Assembly: GCA_051362555.1 (NCBI GenBank)
Contig: CM120641.1
Location: 5,146,001-5,210,000 of the forward strand
Reading direction: 5' to 3'
DNA from: Lingula anatina
Taxonomy: Eukaryota > Animalia > Brachiopoda
Length of the DNA: 64,000 nucleotides
Shown: positions 1-12,575 of the stretch, piece by piece
Position numbering within the stretch: the first letter of the stretch is position 1
Layout of the letters: every line of letters starts with the position of its first letter
Made by a program: the position numbers and the translations under genes
Notes under the pieces: generated by a model
The model's input: only the letters and a program-made list of their open reading frames with translations
What the model was told of the DNA's origin: nothing
The model's database searches: none

Positions 1-350
1 TGTCCCGTAGAGTTATTCTTCTCTCTTTCAACTCACGTGTACTCGGACTACCCTCCATCTTGGTTTGCAGTGACATCCGGGTCTTCTCCAGAGCGTAGTA
101 AACAGTAGTATTCAGTCATATGCAAATTGAGGCAAGTCCCAGAATTCCATGCGTAGGGGGAGTAATGGCGAGAAGTTTAGACGAAAAAAAAAAATGCTGC
201 GCTTTTTTTTCTTTAAGTGATCTTAAAAACCTATACCTCGACCTTTATTTTCTCAACGGTTTTGTGTGAGACATGCTTTGGGGTTCAGGATCAAATAGGC
301 AAAGTTTCAGAGAAAGGCCTATTTAAGCGTCTACAGCGGAAAGACATCCT
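1..350. mobile_element. Possible right end of a TTAA-targeting (Kolobok-like) non-autonomous DNA transposon in an ABCG2 intron
   Basis: More GC/CpG-rich than the flanking intron and ends in ...ACATCCT|TTAA at 350/351-354. The left end is outside the window, so TIR and TSD cannot be checked. Confidence 0.3.
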
Positions 351-513
351 TTAAGTTTTTAATTACTTCTTAGAATGTTTTTAAATAATTTTCATTACAA
401 AACACAATTTTCAAACTTGCGTCACCAGTGCAATTCTAAAACAAATATCTGTGACACTGAATTAAATCCTGCTAACAAAGTATTAATGAGTGTTATCATA
501 GCATAAAACTTAC

Positions 514-3500
514 ATGAATATGCTTCTCTCCTTTAAAAAAAGTTCAATAGCTGATAAATTTGAAAATACCATATTCATCACGATAAAGAAGAAGGCACCA
601 ACTCTGAAATAATCAGAAATCAAAAATACAGAAATCTCAAAGTGGTGCTTAAAGACTGTATATCACTCATTTTCCTCTCCTTAATTGTTTCATTAAGCTT
701 ATGTATTATTTTTTCTTTCCAAAATCATCCACCACTTCCCTTGCCACTCCTTAATAATATGATTACAGCAGTCTACATCAACCAAGTATTATATGTTGTT
801 GACTGGAACCAAATGTTTCTTCTGACCACACATAATAGTAAAATGGCATTATAAATATACTACATACTAGTATGAATTGAAATAACCTTGCACAAGCCCA
901 TTAATAGATACTATACAGAAATTACCTGTTTTGTATTCCAGATTTGAGTGATGTGTCAATCTGCCAATAGATGGCACCAACTATAACCCCCAAGAAGATA
1001 TTAACAACAAACTGAAAATCAAAGAGCAACATAGAGAATTATTTAAAAAAATGCTAAGGAAAAAGACATTGCTTTAAATGCTGTCATCTATCATTCGTGT
1101 ATAAATGCAACTTGAAAACAAGGGACAAAATGCAAGAAGACTTCATAAAAACATTAAAAAAGTAAAGATGTTTCAATTACTCACTCATTTACTTGGTTTT
1201 CAATTATGAACTTCAGCATGTGCCTTTATATAAAATGTCATTCAAGTACCTGTATATGGTTACAGTTTTCTAACTGACCTGTAACGAGATTGTCTTGTTC
1301 CATCTCTTTCATTTTTCTACAATGTATGGTACTTACCTGGAGTAAGTTAGCCTGAGGATTCCCAATAATATTCTTCACTGTTCTCTTTGACACATTCCAA
1401 AGCTAAGACAATTAAAAGCATCAGTTCAGGTTAAAAGGAAAAACTTTTCTTAACTTTCAAGAGTAGATGAGTTTGATGCCTGCTTTTATGCACAAAAAAT
1501 GGAAAAGATGAAATGCAAAGAAAATAAATAAACATGCTTTTGCTCGGACAGTGCCTTTTTCTTTTAAATTGTTTAAGTTCAATATTCACATTTGGACCTC
1601 ATCCTGGGTATAGCATCCATCAAAATATTTGTTTGCTAAAACATATACTTCAAAACTAAATACACTGCTCCGTCTACTGAGGAGTCATTTAGTAGAGTGA
1701 CCAAGGCACAAGGCAAGGAAGTAGCAGTACCCAGAATCATAACCATTTAATTAGCAACTTGACACACTCTTTTTTAATATATTGCAGCAGATATGCTACA
1801 TTTACTTCTTTTACTAGTATGAAAATTAATCCTATGCAAAAATCCTGTGCATAGAGAAAAAAGTTATTCCACACTACAGCAAGTCATCAACATACTTACC
1901 TGTGTTGGAAAAGAAGTAGCATATCCGACCTCCCTGTAGATCACTTGGCCAGCTGCCACATTGGACATGTACGTTTGCTCAATGGGTGTCAACTCTTGGA
2001 ATAAGCTAAATAAATCACAAGAACTCCCTGATATGAGCTTATGTTTGCTTCTATGTCAACTTTAATAAATTGTTCATTAGACTTGACTAAAATCACATGT
2101 AGTTGCTTAGCATTTGATTTAAGGGTTATTGTCAATTGGTCAAAACTTAGATTATAGTGAAAGATTGAACAATAGAAATATGTTGGCATGTTAAAATATT
2201 TTTTAATCCTTTGATCAATTAAACTCACTTTTTGTGCCAGTCAGACTCTCTGAACTTTGCAGCTAAAACCTCACTCACATCTCTGCTCTCTCCTGCAACA
2301 CAGATAAAACATCATTTTAACAACCACAAGCTGAAAGGTTTTCTTTAATACATGTAGTAGTCTTTTTTTTATTTTATTTAATATACATATACACTAAACA
2401 TTTGTCTGGTATGAGTGAATGGGCAGGTACATTAAGATATTTTTGTATCTGTAAAAGTATCTTTCTCAAATGAAGACATATTCGGTAAATAACTAGTGCT
2501 CTATTTGTAGTAGAAGATAATTAATTGTTTACAATGCTGATTCAAACAGCATGCAAATATCATGTGGCCAGCACAATCAACAAATACTGGGTATACGTTG
2601 TACTAACCATCACTGGGGTGAATCTTTGCATGGCTATGATCTGAAAGTTTCAATACATGAACGTTTATTAGTTGAATTGAGTGCATTTTCACTATGAAAA
2701 CTGACTTCTTCAATCAATAAAACAGTATTCTGCTGATATTCTGTTGGAATTAATTACATAAATAAGTTATTTCCCACATCAATACAGAAATCCATCTAAC
2801 AAATGGATATGTGTATATACATATAGTATATTTATAGGTATACTACATACACATTTATTATATACTAGTACTAGTACTAATATAGTACTTATATATGTAT
2901 GGCAAACATTGGAATTTATACTACAGGTGCTGAGGTTCCAAACAAAAGAAAAAATACCAAAGGAAAGCATAGTGGCTATGGGATAGAATCTATCCATATG
3001 TACTAAGAACTTTCATTCCAAAAAGCCAGACTGTGAAATTCTCTGACACATATACTTGGTGATATCTCAATTGGCAGGCAATCTTAACTACTTTTTTAAC
3101 TTAGAAAAACTCCACACCATGCAACCCCTAAGTATGGTATAAGTCACCAATATGAATAAAGATATGCATGTATAAAGAAAGAATGAAATTGTGTTGCCTT
3201 AGTTAACTAATAGCGGTGAATAAAGGGGGCATAAATTGCATTGATTGTGCATCTCAATATTTCAGATTATGTTTTTGTTAGTAAAGAAAATATAAACATC
3301 AATTGAAATTCATTAGTTCCAAACTTCATACACCTCTATTGCCAACTGCCAAAACCACTAAAATGCCAAACAGTTAAAATACACTTGCATCACATCCCAG
3401 GCATCTAACAAGCAAATATATCTATGGTTCATCTGCATGTTATCTGTAAACTAGTCACTAGGTTAGCAAACGCTAGAAGATATCTTAATATCAGTCAGCT

Positions 3501-6500
3501 AAATATAAACCCCAGTATTATTTCACAATACAAGCTGTTCAGTAAGTGCACATACACATTGTATAAAGGCTACACTAGCTGCTGTTATTAACATCAAGCA
3601 TTTCACCTTCTCTGTTACTATCAAGGAGCTCCATGGTTTCCTCATCCATCAAGTGCTTAGAAACTTAGAAAACAACAGGAACTCATGCTAACTTGAAGTT
3701 AAAGATGGGATTATTTTTGCTTAAACGTATGTTAAATTTTAAACAAAAAGTCCTTTATTCAAATAGGCACAAGGAGACTGAAAATAAAACATCCCAATGA
3801 TAATTAGGTTGGGTGACCTTAATATACTCTTTCATTCTTTTCTTAATTTGTTTTGACTTGAGGAGAATTAAGAAATTCATCACAATAGCATCTTTTATGT
3901 ACACACACAAAAAGCTATATGAATCAACATTATCATTTAAACTAACTTAAAAACCAAATAAGCCCAAAATAAATTTAATGCTTAAAGTCTCTCAGATTGA
4001 ATTAGATACTAGGGCCAGAACAAGATAAAAAGAACAAAAATTGTAACTTACGCTGGTCTATAGAGGTCACTGCTGTAGAGTCCCCATTGATCACATCCAA
4101 AAAGAAATCGGGCGGATTATTGTGTTCTTCACACTCATATCCTGCAAAATTTAAATGCAATTTCTCAATCAAATTCATGATATACCAGGTAAACATCATG
4201 CAAGCATTTCTCATTTAAAGTAATACAAAAAAGTACAATTTTTTTAAATGTATGTAATGTCAACTGGTCTCTGACTCAATAGACTTCATTTCCCAGTACA
4301 ATGAATTAACATGGTGAGGGTTTTCATCCAACCCCTCTTCTATAGCTGCTAATATATAGGTATAAAGATATTTTATCATTTCAATACCCATGTGAAGATA
4401 CTAGATCAATCTTTAAAAACAATATATATAATCCTTGAAATTTCACAGAATTAAACAATTTGTGGCAATCCTCAGTCTGATTAATCAAAATACATTGTCA
4501 GGTTTACAGAAAAGTTTTAGGGACCGTTCACATGCAAAATCTATTTTCTAAAAATCTAAAAATCTATTTGCGGTATCTTGTGATCACGGTCTGTGCCCTG
4601 AATGCCAGCGGCGTAATTACTGGCATCACCGAGAATTAATTACAGCTATGGAAGAAACTGGCTCGCGCTGCCCGTAATTAAGTCGTGGGGTTAGCTTATA
4701 CTTCCTACCAATAGAGGAGAAGTACTGTAGGGCCTCCTTGCATGGTCCATGGAACACACTCTCTCCCTGAGACAACAACATAATACTGTCAAACAACCTG
4801 AATATGGAGTACCTGGGCTGGTGAACTGAGAATATGATGGTGTTTCCCATGTGAGCAAGTCTGAAGAATAACAGAATAATTTTACATTAAAATACACGAG
4901 AACAGGCAAATCAAGTATAACTTTAAAGTGACCAAATTTAATTAGAAAAAGTCTTAGTCTTGGTTTTGGAGAAGCATTTATGGAGATTTATATTCATAAG
5001 ATGTGCAAGGATGCAACACTTCTAGTCCAAAATACTTAAAGCACTTAAAGGGTACATATACCAGTACAATGGTGATATAATAAACAATTAAAGAAGACCT
5101 ATTGACATGTTCATAAATCTAATGTAAGCACTGGATTGCCTCCCCCTAGTTATCAATGACAACATCAATGACAATATCAATGACAATTAACACCTATAAT
5201 GATATGTACCTCTTCAGCAGTAACATAACAGAGTTAGCTGTGCTGGCATCAAGCCCTGTTGTCGGCTCGTCCAGGAACAGTACAGTTGGCTGGATGATCA
5301 GCTCCATGCCAATATTGGTACGTTTCCTCTCACCTCCAGACACACCGCGGATGAATTCATTGCCAATCTGCAATAAATAGAAAAGAGTTTTAAAAAAGTA
5401 GTTGCACCCAAACTGAAAACACCTTATTACAATAAGGATTAAAACAGAGATTATGCAAAATCTATAGATTGAAATTTTACCCAGAAATCCATCTCTAAGA
5501 TGATGTAGTTTGCATGATCACCAGGATGCTATTAGACATTTTAAAATGGCAGCATTTTTTTTTTTTTTTTTTTGTAAAAAAATATCAATTTTGTTTCAAG
5601 AGTTTCTCATTACAAGAGCATTGTGTCAGTTCATTTCCTTGGTGATTTTGTAGCTACTGTGTGAAAATGGTCTTCAAAACAGTATCAGAGTTATTTGTAG
5701 AAAGGTGGGGCTCCATTCCATCCGCTAAAAATATTTTCAACCTATTTTCCCTACAGGGGGTTATCAATTTGGTGCAAAAGAAAATTTAAAAAACTGAGAT
5801 GCTCTTGTTCCTCAAATGTTCCATAGCAATCATTAAAAATGCCAACACTAACAAGTTCATGAGACATCAGACACTGCCAACCTTAGTGTCCGCACAATGT
5901 GTCAATCCTAGATCATGTATTACTCTCTCAACACGTGCTTTTCTCTCTTCCTTGGTCACTGTCTTTGGGAGGCGTAGTGCTGCAGAGAACTGGAAGTTCT
6001 CCTTAACTGTGAGAGTTCCCATAACAACATCATCCTATAAACATATATATACAAGTAGTTTAGTCAGTTTGTATTAGGTGTGGGAAAGAAATAAGAATCA
6101 CTCTACCATTAACCAAGTATTAGTCATAGCTATTTTAAAAAGTAAAAACAATTAGCCAATTAATACCATAATAAATTGGTAAACTAATAAAAGACATCTT
6201 TCATTTATTTTCTTCAGACAAAGTAAACACATGTAAGTTTAAAGGGATAAAAACTGTTCATTTTGGCCAAAAAATAAATTTTCCTGGGGTAAACAGCAAT
6301 TTTCCCATACTTACCAATGGTTAATGAATCCATTTCTACATTCAAAGTTAGTCCCCTTTTTTTTCTAAAAGGTTTTTTTTTTTTTTTTTTTTTTGAAATA
6401 TAGATCTCACATGTCGTTATCCCTTTAGTTTTCGGATTTATTAAAAAGCTTTTCATGCTGGTGTGACCAACTTATAATTAAGACACTCTATTCTTATAAA

Positions 6501-7619
6501 CCTGCACAACATATCCAGACATGCACTTGAAATTCTCTGGCTGAGGATGCCCATCCACTAGTAGTAACCCACTCAGGCCTTTTTTCTCTTTCCTGCCAGC
6601 AAGCACGTCTAATAAGCTGGAATAACAGAGGAAAATATAAATGATTATGATTTAAATGACATGAATAAATAATAATGTACACGCCCACTTATCGTGCTTA
6701 TATAGAACTACAAATACTATGTTAGCTGATGCACCTCTGGGATACGCCATACAAATAGGTACAGTATAAACAGTACACTGCACAGAAATTATGTATATAA
6801 AGAGACTTTCAGACAAAAGAGTAAAATACAATGCAGCAGTTTGCTTCACCGATGAATGCTTTTTTTTTTTTTTTTTTTTTTTTTGTCTTAATTGACCATA
6901 CCTTGATTTTCCACTTCCAGTTGGTCCCAGGATGGCATTCATTCCAGGTTTAAAAATACCACTGAAAAGTTAATGTTGAAAGTGTATAACAGTCAGTCTT
7001 CACTGTCATAAAATACTGGTATAAAATTGTATGTAGAAAACTAATGTTAATCATTTTATTTAAAAATATTATCTACTATAGACTCTAATTGGGCATATCA
7101 GTATATATATATGACAATTTTATTAATTTTATTTAAATATATACATAATCGATTTTGATCGGGGAATTTGCTTTCGAGTAGGCAAGTGTGGTACTCTTAA
7201 GTCGCTTTACAAAGATGTTAATAATGTAAGTGGTTTTTAGATTCATTGGCCAATCAAGATGACAGCCGAGCGCGCCGAAGTAAGCATGTCATATGACATG
7301 TATCACATGTGTGAGCTTTTCCTCTGTGGCAACCGACCGAGATTGCAACTGTCATTTAATACCTGACATCTTTGAGTATGTGTTTGTCCGCGTTGCCACC
7401 ACAACAACCCTTTGACACCTGTACTGTGTAGCCAATACGATGGAAAGAAACCACCGAGCCTTGGACAGCCAGACCCTCCTCTGGCATCACAACACTAGTG
7501 CTGCCGTATCCGCCGTTGGCCTGATGAGGTTCGCTGGCAAGATCTGTTGGCTTTTGCAGAATCGGTTCCTGTTTGTTAAAAGAAACAGCTGTCATTTCAA
7601 CGGCATCATTTGCATCCAT
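514..7619 (-). CDS. ABCG2: ABCG2/BCRP-like ABC half-transporter, multi-exon, 3' part continues beyond the left edge
   Basis: GT-AG exons (approx. 7363-7619, 6902-6962, 6502-6616, 5882-6034, 5209-5368, 4707-4861, 4052-4142, ~3607-3655, ~2589-2640, ~2228-2293, 1900-2005, 1337-1402, 926-1012, 514-603) give Walker [34 protein letters not shown], signature [16 protein letters not shown], Walker [13 protein letters not shown]-loop [24 protein letters not shown] and the first TM segments ([12 protein letters not shown]). Confidence 0.93.
4519..4692 (+). mobile_element. Truncated, internally deleted copy of the MITE at 22725-23247
   Basis: GGGACCGTTCACATGCAAAATCTATTTTCTAAAAATCTAAAAATCTATT...TGTGATCACGGTCTGTGCCCTGAAT matches the 22725 end; the second half matches ~23108-23170. 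Confidence 0.8.
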
Positions 7620-9316
7620 TTTGAGTGCTACAGTATGAACTGTTTTGCAAAGGACATTATAAATAATAAATTGAGCATGTGTTGTAGCTATCACAGGCTA
7701 GTTACGTAATTAGTTTATATTTGTACCAATAGGTGGGGCTATGTTGACAACTTTTTGAAGACAAGCCTAACCTTAGTATAGTGGAAAAAGGGGGTGGACC
7801 TTGGTTACCGCTTGCATGGTTATAACGTTAACTAGGCCCAGCATGTAAATGTACGCGTTTTAATTGTCACTATTTCATTGATTGGAAATTTAAGGCATCG
7901 GCTGGGGGTGGGGGTGGGGGGTGCTATCTCTGAAACCCAGGGTAGCGTAGCGCATTCAATTTGTTCTACTTCGTCCAATACCACACCTCCCACAATTGGC
8001 CCATCAACCCTGTGAACCATATATTTCATTCATTAAAAAAATTACTTTTCGGGGGTTATAAGTAAATTCATAGCCTGTGGTCACGAGAGGTATTCGAGCA
8101 ACATACCAAGCAGACCAATGGTCTATATCATTTTTGCTGTAATTTTATCAATTTAATGATTTATCCATTCAGTCAGTCATAAAATCAGTATAACAATCGG
8201 GACAATTCACATAATTTGTTTTATGCTCAAACTTCTATTTTAAATTCGTTAATTTTTTTTATTTTAAACTTCTATATCAGTGCTCCTAAATATTAATTAA
8301 TTATTATTTTTTATTTATTTTCATATGTGTAATTACAAAAAAGGCCCTATGAAGGATCATTTTAGAAAGCGTACGTCATATGGTCCCAAACATACCTTTT
8401 CCCCGTGTGTCATTTTGTTTTCACTTCTGTAAATGCCTTTCGGTGGTCTTCTATAACTGTTGTCAGACGTACTGTATGGTACACCTCCAGATGATGTAAG
8501 AAGCAACCCTCGCGTGTCCTTGTATATATTAGGGTATATTACTTGTCTAATTTACAAAACAGTTATTGTTACGTAAATATGAATAAGGCATTTTCAATTG
8601 TAATGGGCGATCTTTATACCGTTAAGGCCTTTGGCCTGCCAAGGTTGGGCTAGATATCAGTCAGTTGTGTAAGTAGGCCTATAAGATAACGCCCTGAACA
8701 ACGCATTGTACGGTATATATGTACCTATAGGAGGTTTAAATACTCATTCTTATCGCCATCTGGTCTAAAAACGTGACATGTTATTTTTGTTATCGTACAA
8801 AACGAATAAATAGATCTCTATACTGTTCCTTGTAGCGTTAATTAAGATACATTTGCATGTCATAGGATAACTAAATCAACCAATCAATCAATAAGAATAA
8901 GGTTTTAAGTTGTACGTACAATATATTTCTATATTGAGAGATTCATTCTAAATCTCTGCGTTTGAAAATTCTGGTGTATTTTTTTCATTTATATATTGTG
9001 GTAGGTGGATAAGTAGGCCTACATGCATGTACATGTAGGTGGTACTCTTTTCCGTCATCTGTTCTTTCATTAAAAGTCATTTAAAACATGGTTGAAGTTG
9101 ATCCTTCAGGTAATTTTTATTCAAGCTCACCAAGCGTTGACTCATATTCCTAAAAGATGAAATGAGGGTTTATTTATTTATTTATCTTTATTTGTAACGC
9201 GTGGCAATTTTACAGATTTTAATACACCCGATCCATGTTTAAGCCTGTACAATCCCAAATCATATTTGGCAAACACTATACAAACCGGTCTGTCACGCGG
9301 ATCGAGTACATTTTAA

Positions 9317-9428
<112 letters not shown>

Positions 9429-9956
9429 ATTTTTAGAAAAAAAAAGTACACGCAAAGTTTTGTAAGCTTTTTTTTTCTAAAACAAGCAACATTCAATAGG
9501 CCTATATTTTAAAAACTTAAATTATCTAAACTTGTGATAAACCACAGCGAGTTTGTCTGGTTTGTATTTGTGGCATCCCAGTAATCATTCCATAAGTATT
9601 TGTATAGATTTGTATAATTTTTGTTAAGTTGTTATGACTAGTGTAGAAAGCCTGTAAAATGTAACGTCTACACATTTTAGTGCTCAATAAAGATTATATA
9701 TTTCGTGTAGTGTGCGATCAGCTTATTCAATAGCTTTACCGTTGCTTAGATCATAAAAAATGGTAGTGAAATACGGCGGCCAGAATGTTAAGTTGCAGGG
9801 CTGGTAATTATACAATTAACATTGCATAGATAATGTGTATAATCTTTAGCAGTTATCAACCTCTCAAAAGGCCAAATATGTTTACTGAAAATTTAACAAT
9901 GTGGTAAGCAAAACTACTGCCCCCTAGTGTCAATTTTAAGAAGTAACTAAAATCGG

Positions 9957-10803
9957 ATGCTACAAAGAATGGGAATGTGGCAGAAAACTAAAGAATTCAT
10001 GGCCTATTGGTATCTGCAGTATATCATGAACACTGCCCTGTATATGCTGGAGCCTTGGGAGAGGAAGCTGTTCAGTATCCTTTTAATTTAATACCAGGTA
10101 TCAATGTTAAACTCTAGTGATAGTGTTGGGCTGGACTCATCTTTTATTGTCACCAGCAGTGACAACGATGAGGGTCCATTAGTTGCTAGGTATAAAAGTA
10201 ATTCTTTGCCTAATCTCTGCGTGAAATCGTCCGAATCCCATAAGTAGATGGGACTGGGGCTTGTATGTAATCTCACGTTTTCAGATCGGGTAGTAACTTA
10301 GTAATAAGTGTGTCATAGCACTACAGAACAATGTCTAAAAGAGTTCACATTATCAGTCTCTAGCATTCTTCTTCATTATATTTACATTTACAATAGTTAT
10401 AGATCTATAATGAATATAAAAAACACAAAAGAGTGCTTGAATCTGAATATTTGATCTAGCCATGAGACAGACATTCCGTACCATTGTCAAATTCTAAATA
10501 ACCCTTTGTACTTTATATTGCATTTATGTAGATGATTTAATCATTTTCATTGTGTGTATCCCATGTTTGAAATTGACAGCAGTGGGATTATTCTTGCTGA
10601 GGCTGTGCAATTTTTCCTTAATTTGTCTCCCAGATTCTGGTTTGATGGTTGTAATTGCCATGTCCTTGTACACTACATCTTGCTTCCTACCAGGACATTT
10701 TCTGATGCTGTGGAAATATATTCTCTATCTCGTAGGACTGGAATCACAAGAAACAACTCTTGGTGGCATGGAAACATTAAATGATACCCCAGTGACATCA
10801 TAG
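9957..10803 (+). CDS. SPTSSA: Serine palmitoyltransferase small subunit (SPTSSA/B family), 2 exons: 9957-10074 and 10634-10803
   Basis: Spliced product MLQRMGMWQKTKEFMAYWYLQYIMNTALYMLEPWERKLF-N-SGLMVVIAMSLYTTSCFLPGHF...; QY...TALYMLEPWER.FNS is the ssSPT signature. ATGs at 9969 or 9975 are alternative starts. Confidence 0.93.
10075..10633 (+). other. U12-type (minor spliceosome) GT-AG intron
   Basis: 5' splice site GTATCCTTT at 10075; branch site TTCCTTAAT at 10614-10622, 11 nt before the exon; no long polypyrimidine tract; splicing restores the ssSPT frame. Confidence 0.92.
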
Positions 10804-11711
10804 CAAAAGGTTTCTGTCTGGATTAAGAAAAAATTTATTAAAACTGGTGATGAAAATAGTATGGATACATGGATACAAAGCACAATAAAAGGTTTCAGAA
10901 CAGGATGGATGAAAGTACAGCAAAAAAATTCCAAAATATCTCTGTTCAAGTGGGCAAAGAAGAAGTATTTGGTCCAGGTGTGATAATGAGCAGGGAGTAT
11001 GCCTGTTGAATGAGGGCCATACATATAGAATGTGGTATCACATTGCCTCACATTGCCTGAGGGAAACCTGTTGCTTTGTCAGCGTGGCCATTGAGATATA
11101 GAGGTATCAGTATTCCCAGTATATATTCAAGACCAGCCAGGGACAGACTTGAATGTAACTACACTGATAGTTCAGGAAGAGGCGCATTGAAAAAAAATGC
11201 TCTACAGTGGTTACTAACATAGTTACTTAGATATACTTTCAACTGCTTCAGGCTCTGAGGTTTTCATTTTGATGTCATATATATAGGATTTGATATAGGT
11301 AAAGTGGAACTCTTTTATGCTTGGTTAAACTCAAACCATGAAAGTACTCCTGCTGTAATCAGTAGATATATTTTTCTTTGAAAAATAAGCAAGGACTATA
11401 TATCACTGTGTAACGATTATGGAGGATTTGATTACTAGTAATTGTCTATGAACTGAATAGTCAATATGTATGTAAATGGCTATACCTGTTTTGGTCCTGC
11501 TATAAATGGACATGTTTCAGCATTTTGCTTTTGACAATGGATAATGGTATTTACACCCAAGAAGAGTTGACATCTCATTGTCATCTCATTGTCAAAAAAA
11601 AGGGGGGGGGGGACATGATTTACATTGGTGTGACAATGCAAAGTAAAATTGTATAATACAAACATATGTACCAGCACATTTTTGTTGTATTTTGTTTATT
11701 TTAAGGAAAAC

Positions 11712-12251
11712 CTAGTTACACTTGTGAGAGATTTTTACACATGTTTTTATTACATTATTTTCATGGCGTGCATTTTTGCATTTTCTGTCTTTGAAACTGA
11801 ATGTTATAATCGGGTAGCTATCACATCCACAAATTTCGCCACATCCACCCCTAGGTACAGCCTCACCCAGGGATCGTGTGCTGTTACTGTTGTCCCCTAC
11901 TTTAGAACAAGGTAAACATTTTGCATTTATGGTAATTTTCATGTAAAATGTTAAATCAACCAACCATCATGATCCCCGATTTGTCTCACAGTAATGGGGG
12001 TAATTTCTGAAGATGGAATTGATAAAGACATTTTTATTAAATATTTTGTCTTTGAATGGGCAAGAACAATCAAATTGGAGCGTGGCTTTAAATGTTTTAA
12101 TTTCAAGGAACAGTCGTTTCCATTTCATTTCAAAACCGATGTTTTGATCCCTTTCTTTAAGAGCAAATTTCCCACATTGTCAGACAGCTCTAGCTCAACT
12201 AACACAATAAGTGTCAACACAAATATAGAATAATACTGGAAGGTGGAGCAT
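11712..12251 (-). pseudogene. Disrupted ORF for a putative small Cys-rich, possibly secreted protein
   Basis: 180-codon ATG...TAG frame interrupted only by three TGA codons, followed ~8 nt later by AATAAA; a hydrophobic signal-like stretch (IFVLTLIVLVEL) lies in an adjacent frame at the 5' end. Confidence 0.4.
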
Positions 12252-12405
12252 GAGACTGTAACTACTAGTTTATTCAAAATATTACAAATTACTGTTTTCG
12301 GCAACTTGTTTTCCCCCCCTATTATTCTCAATGAATACCTCGCACCTAACATCCGTCTACATGCATATTACCCTTGGGACATCGTCATTATATACATACC
12401 GGTGC

Positions 12406-12575
12406 CAGGCCCGTAAACAGCAATTTCAAAAGGGGGATTCTTTTATTGAAAAAAAAAATGGGCCTTTTACCATAAAACCTTCGCGTCACTATATAAATAT
12501 TTACCCAGGGGGGACCTTTTCCCAGCAAAAAGGGGGGTTTCTGTCGAGCCCCCCCCTCCCCCGGCTACGGTCCTG
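12406..12575. mobile_element. Short MITE with hAT-like ends
   Basis: Termini CAGGCCCGTA ... TACGGTCCTG (imperfect TIR) around G/C-run-rich interior; no clear TSD. Confidence 0.55.
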
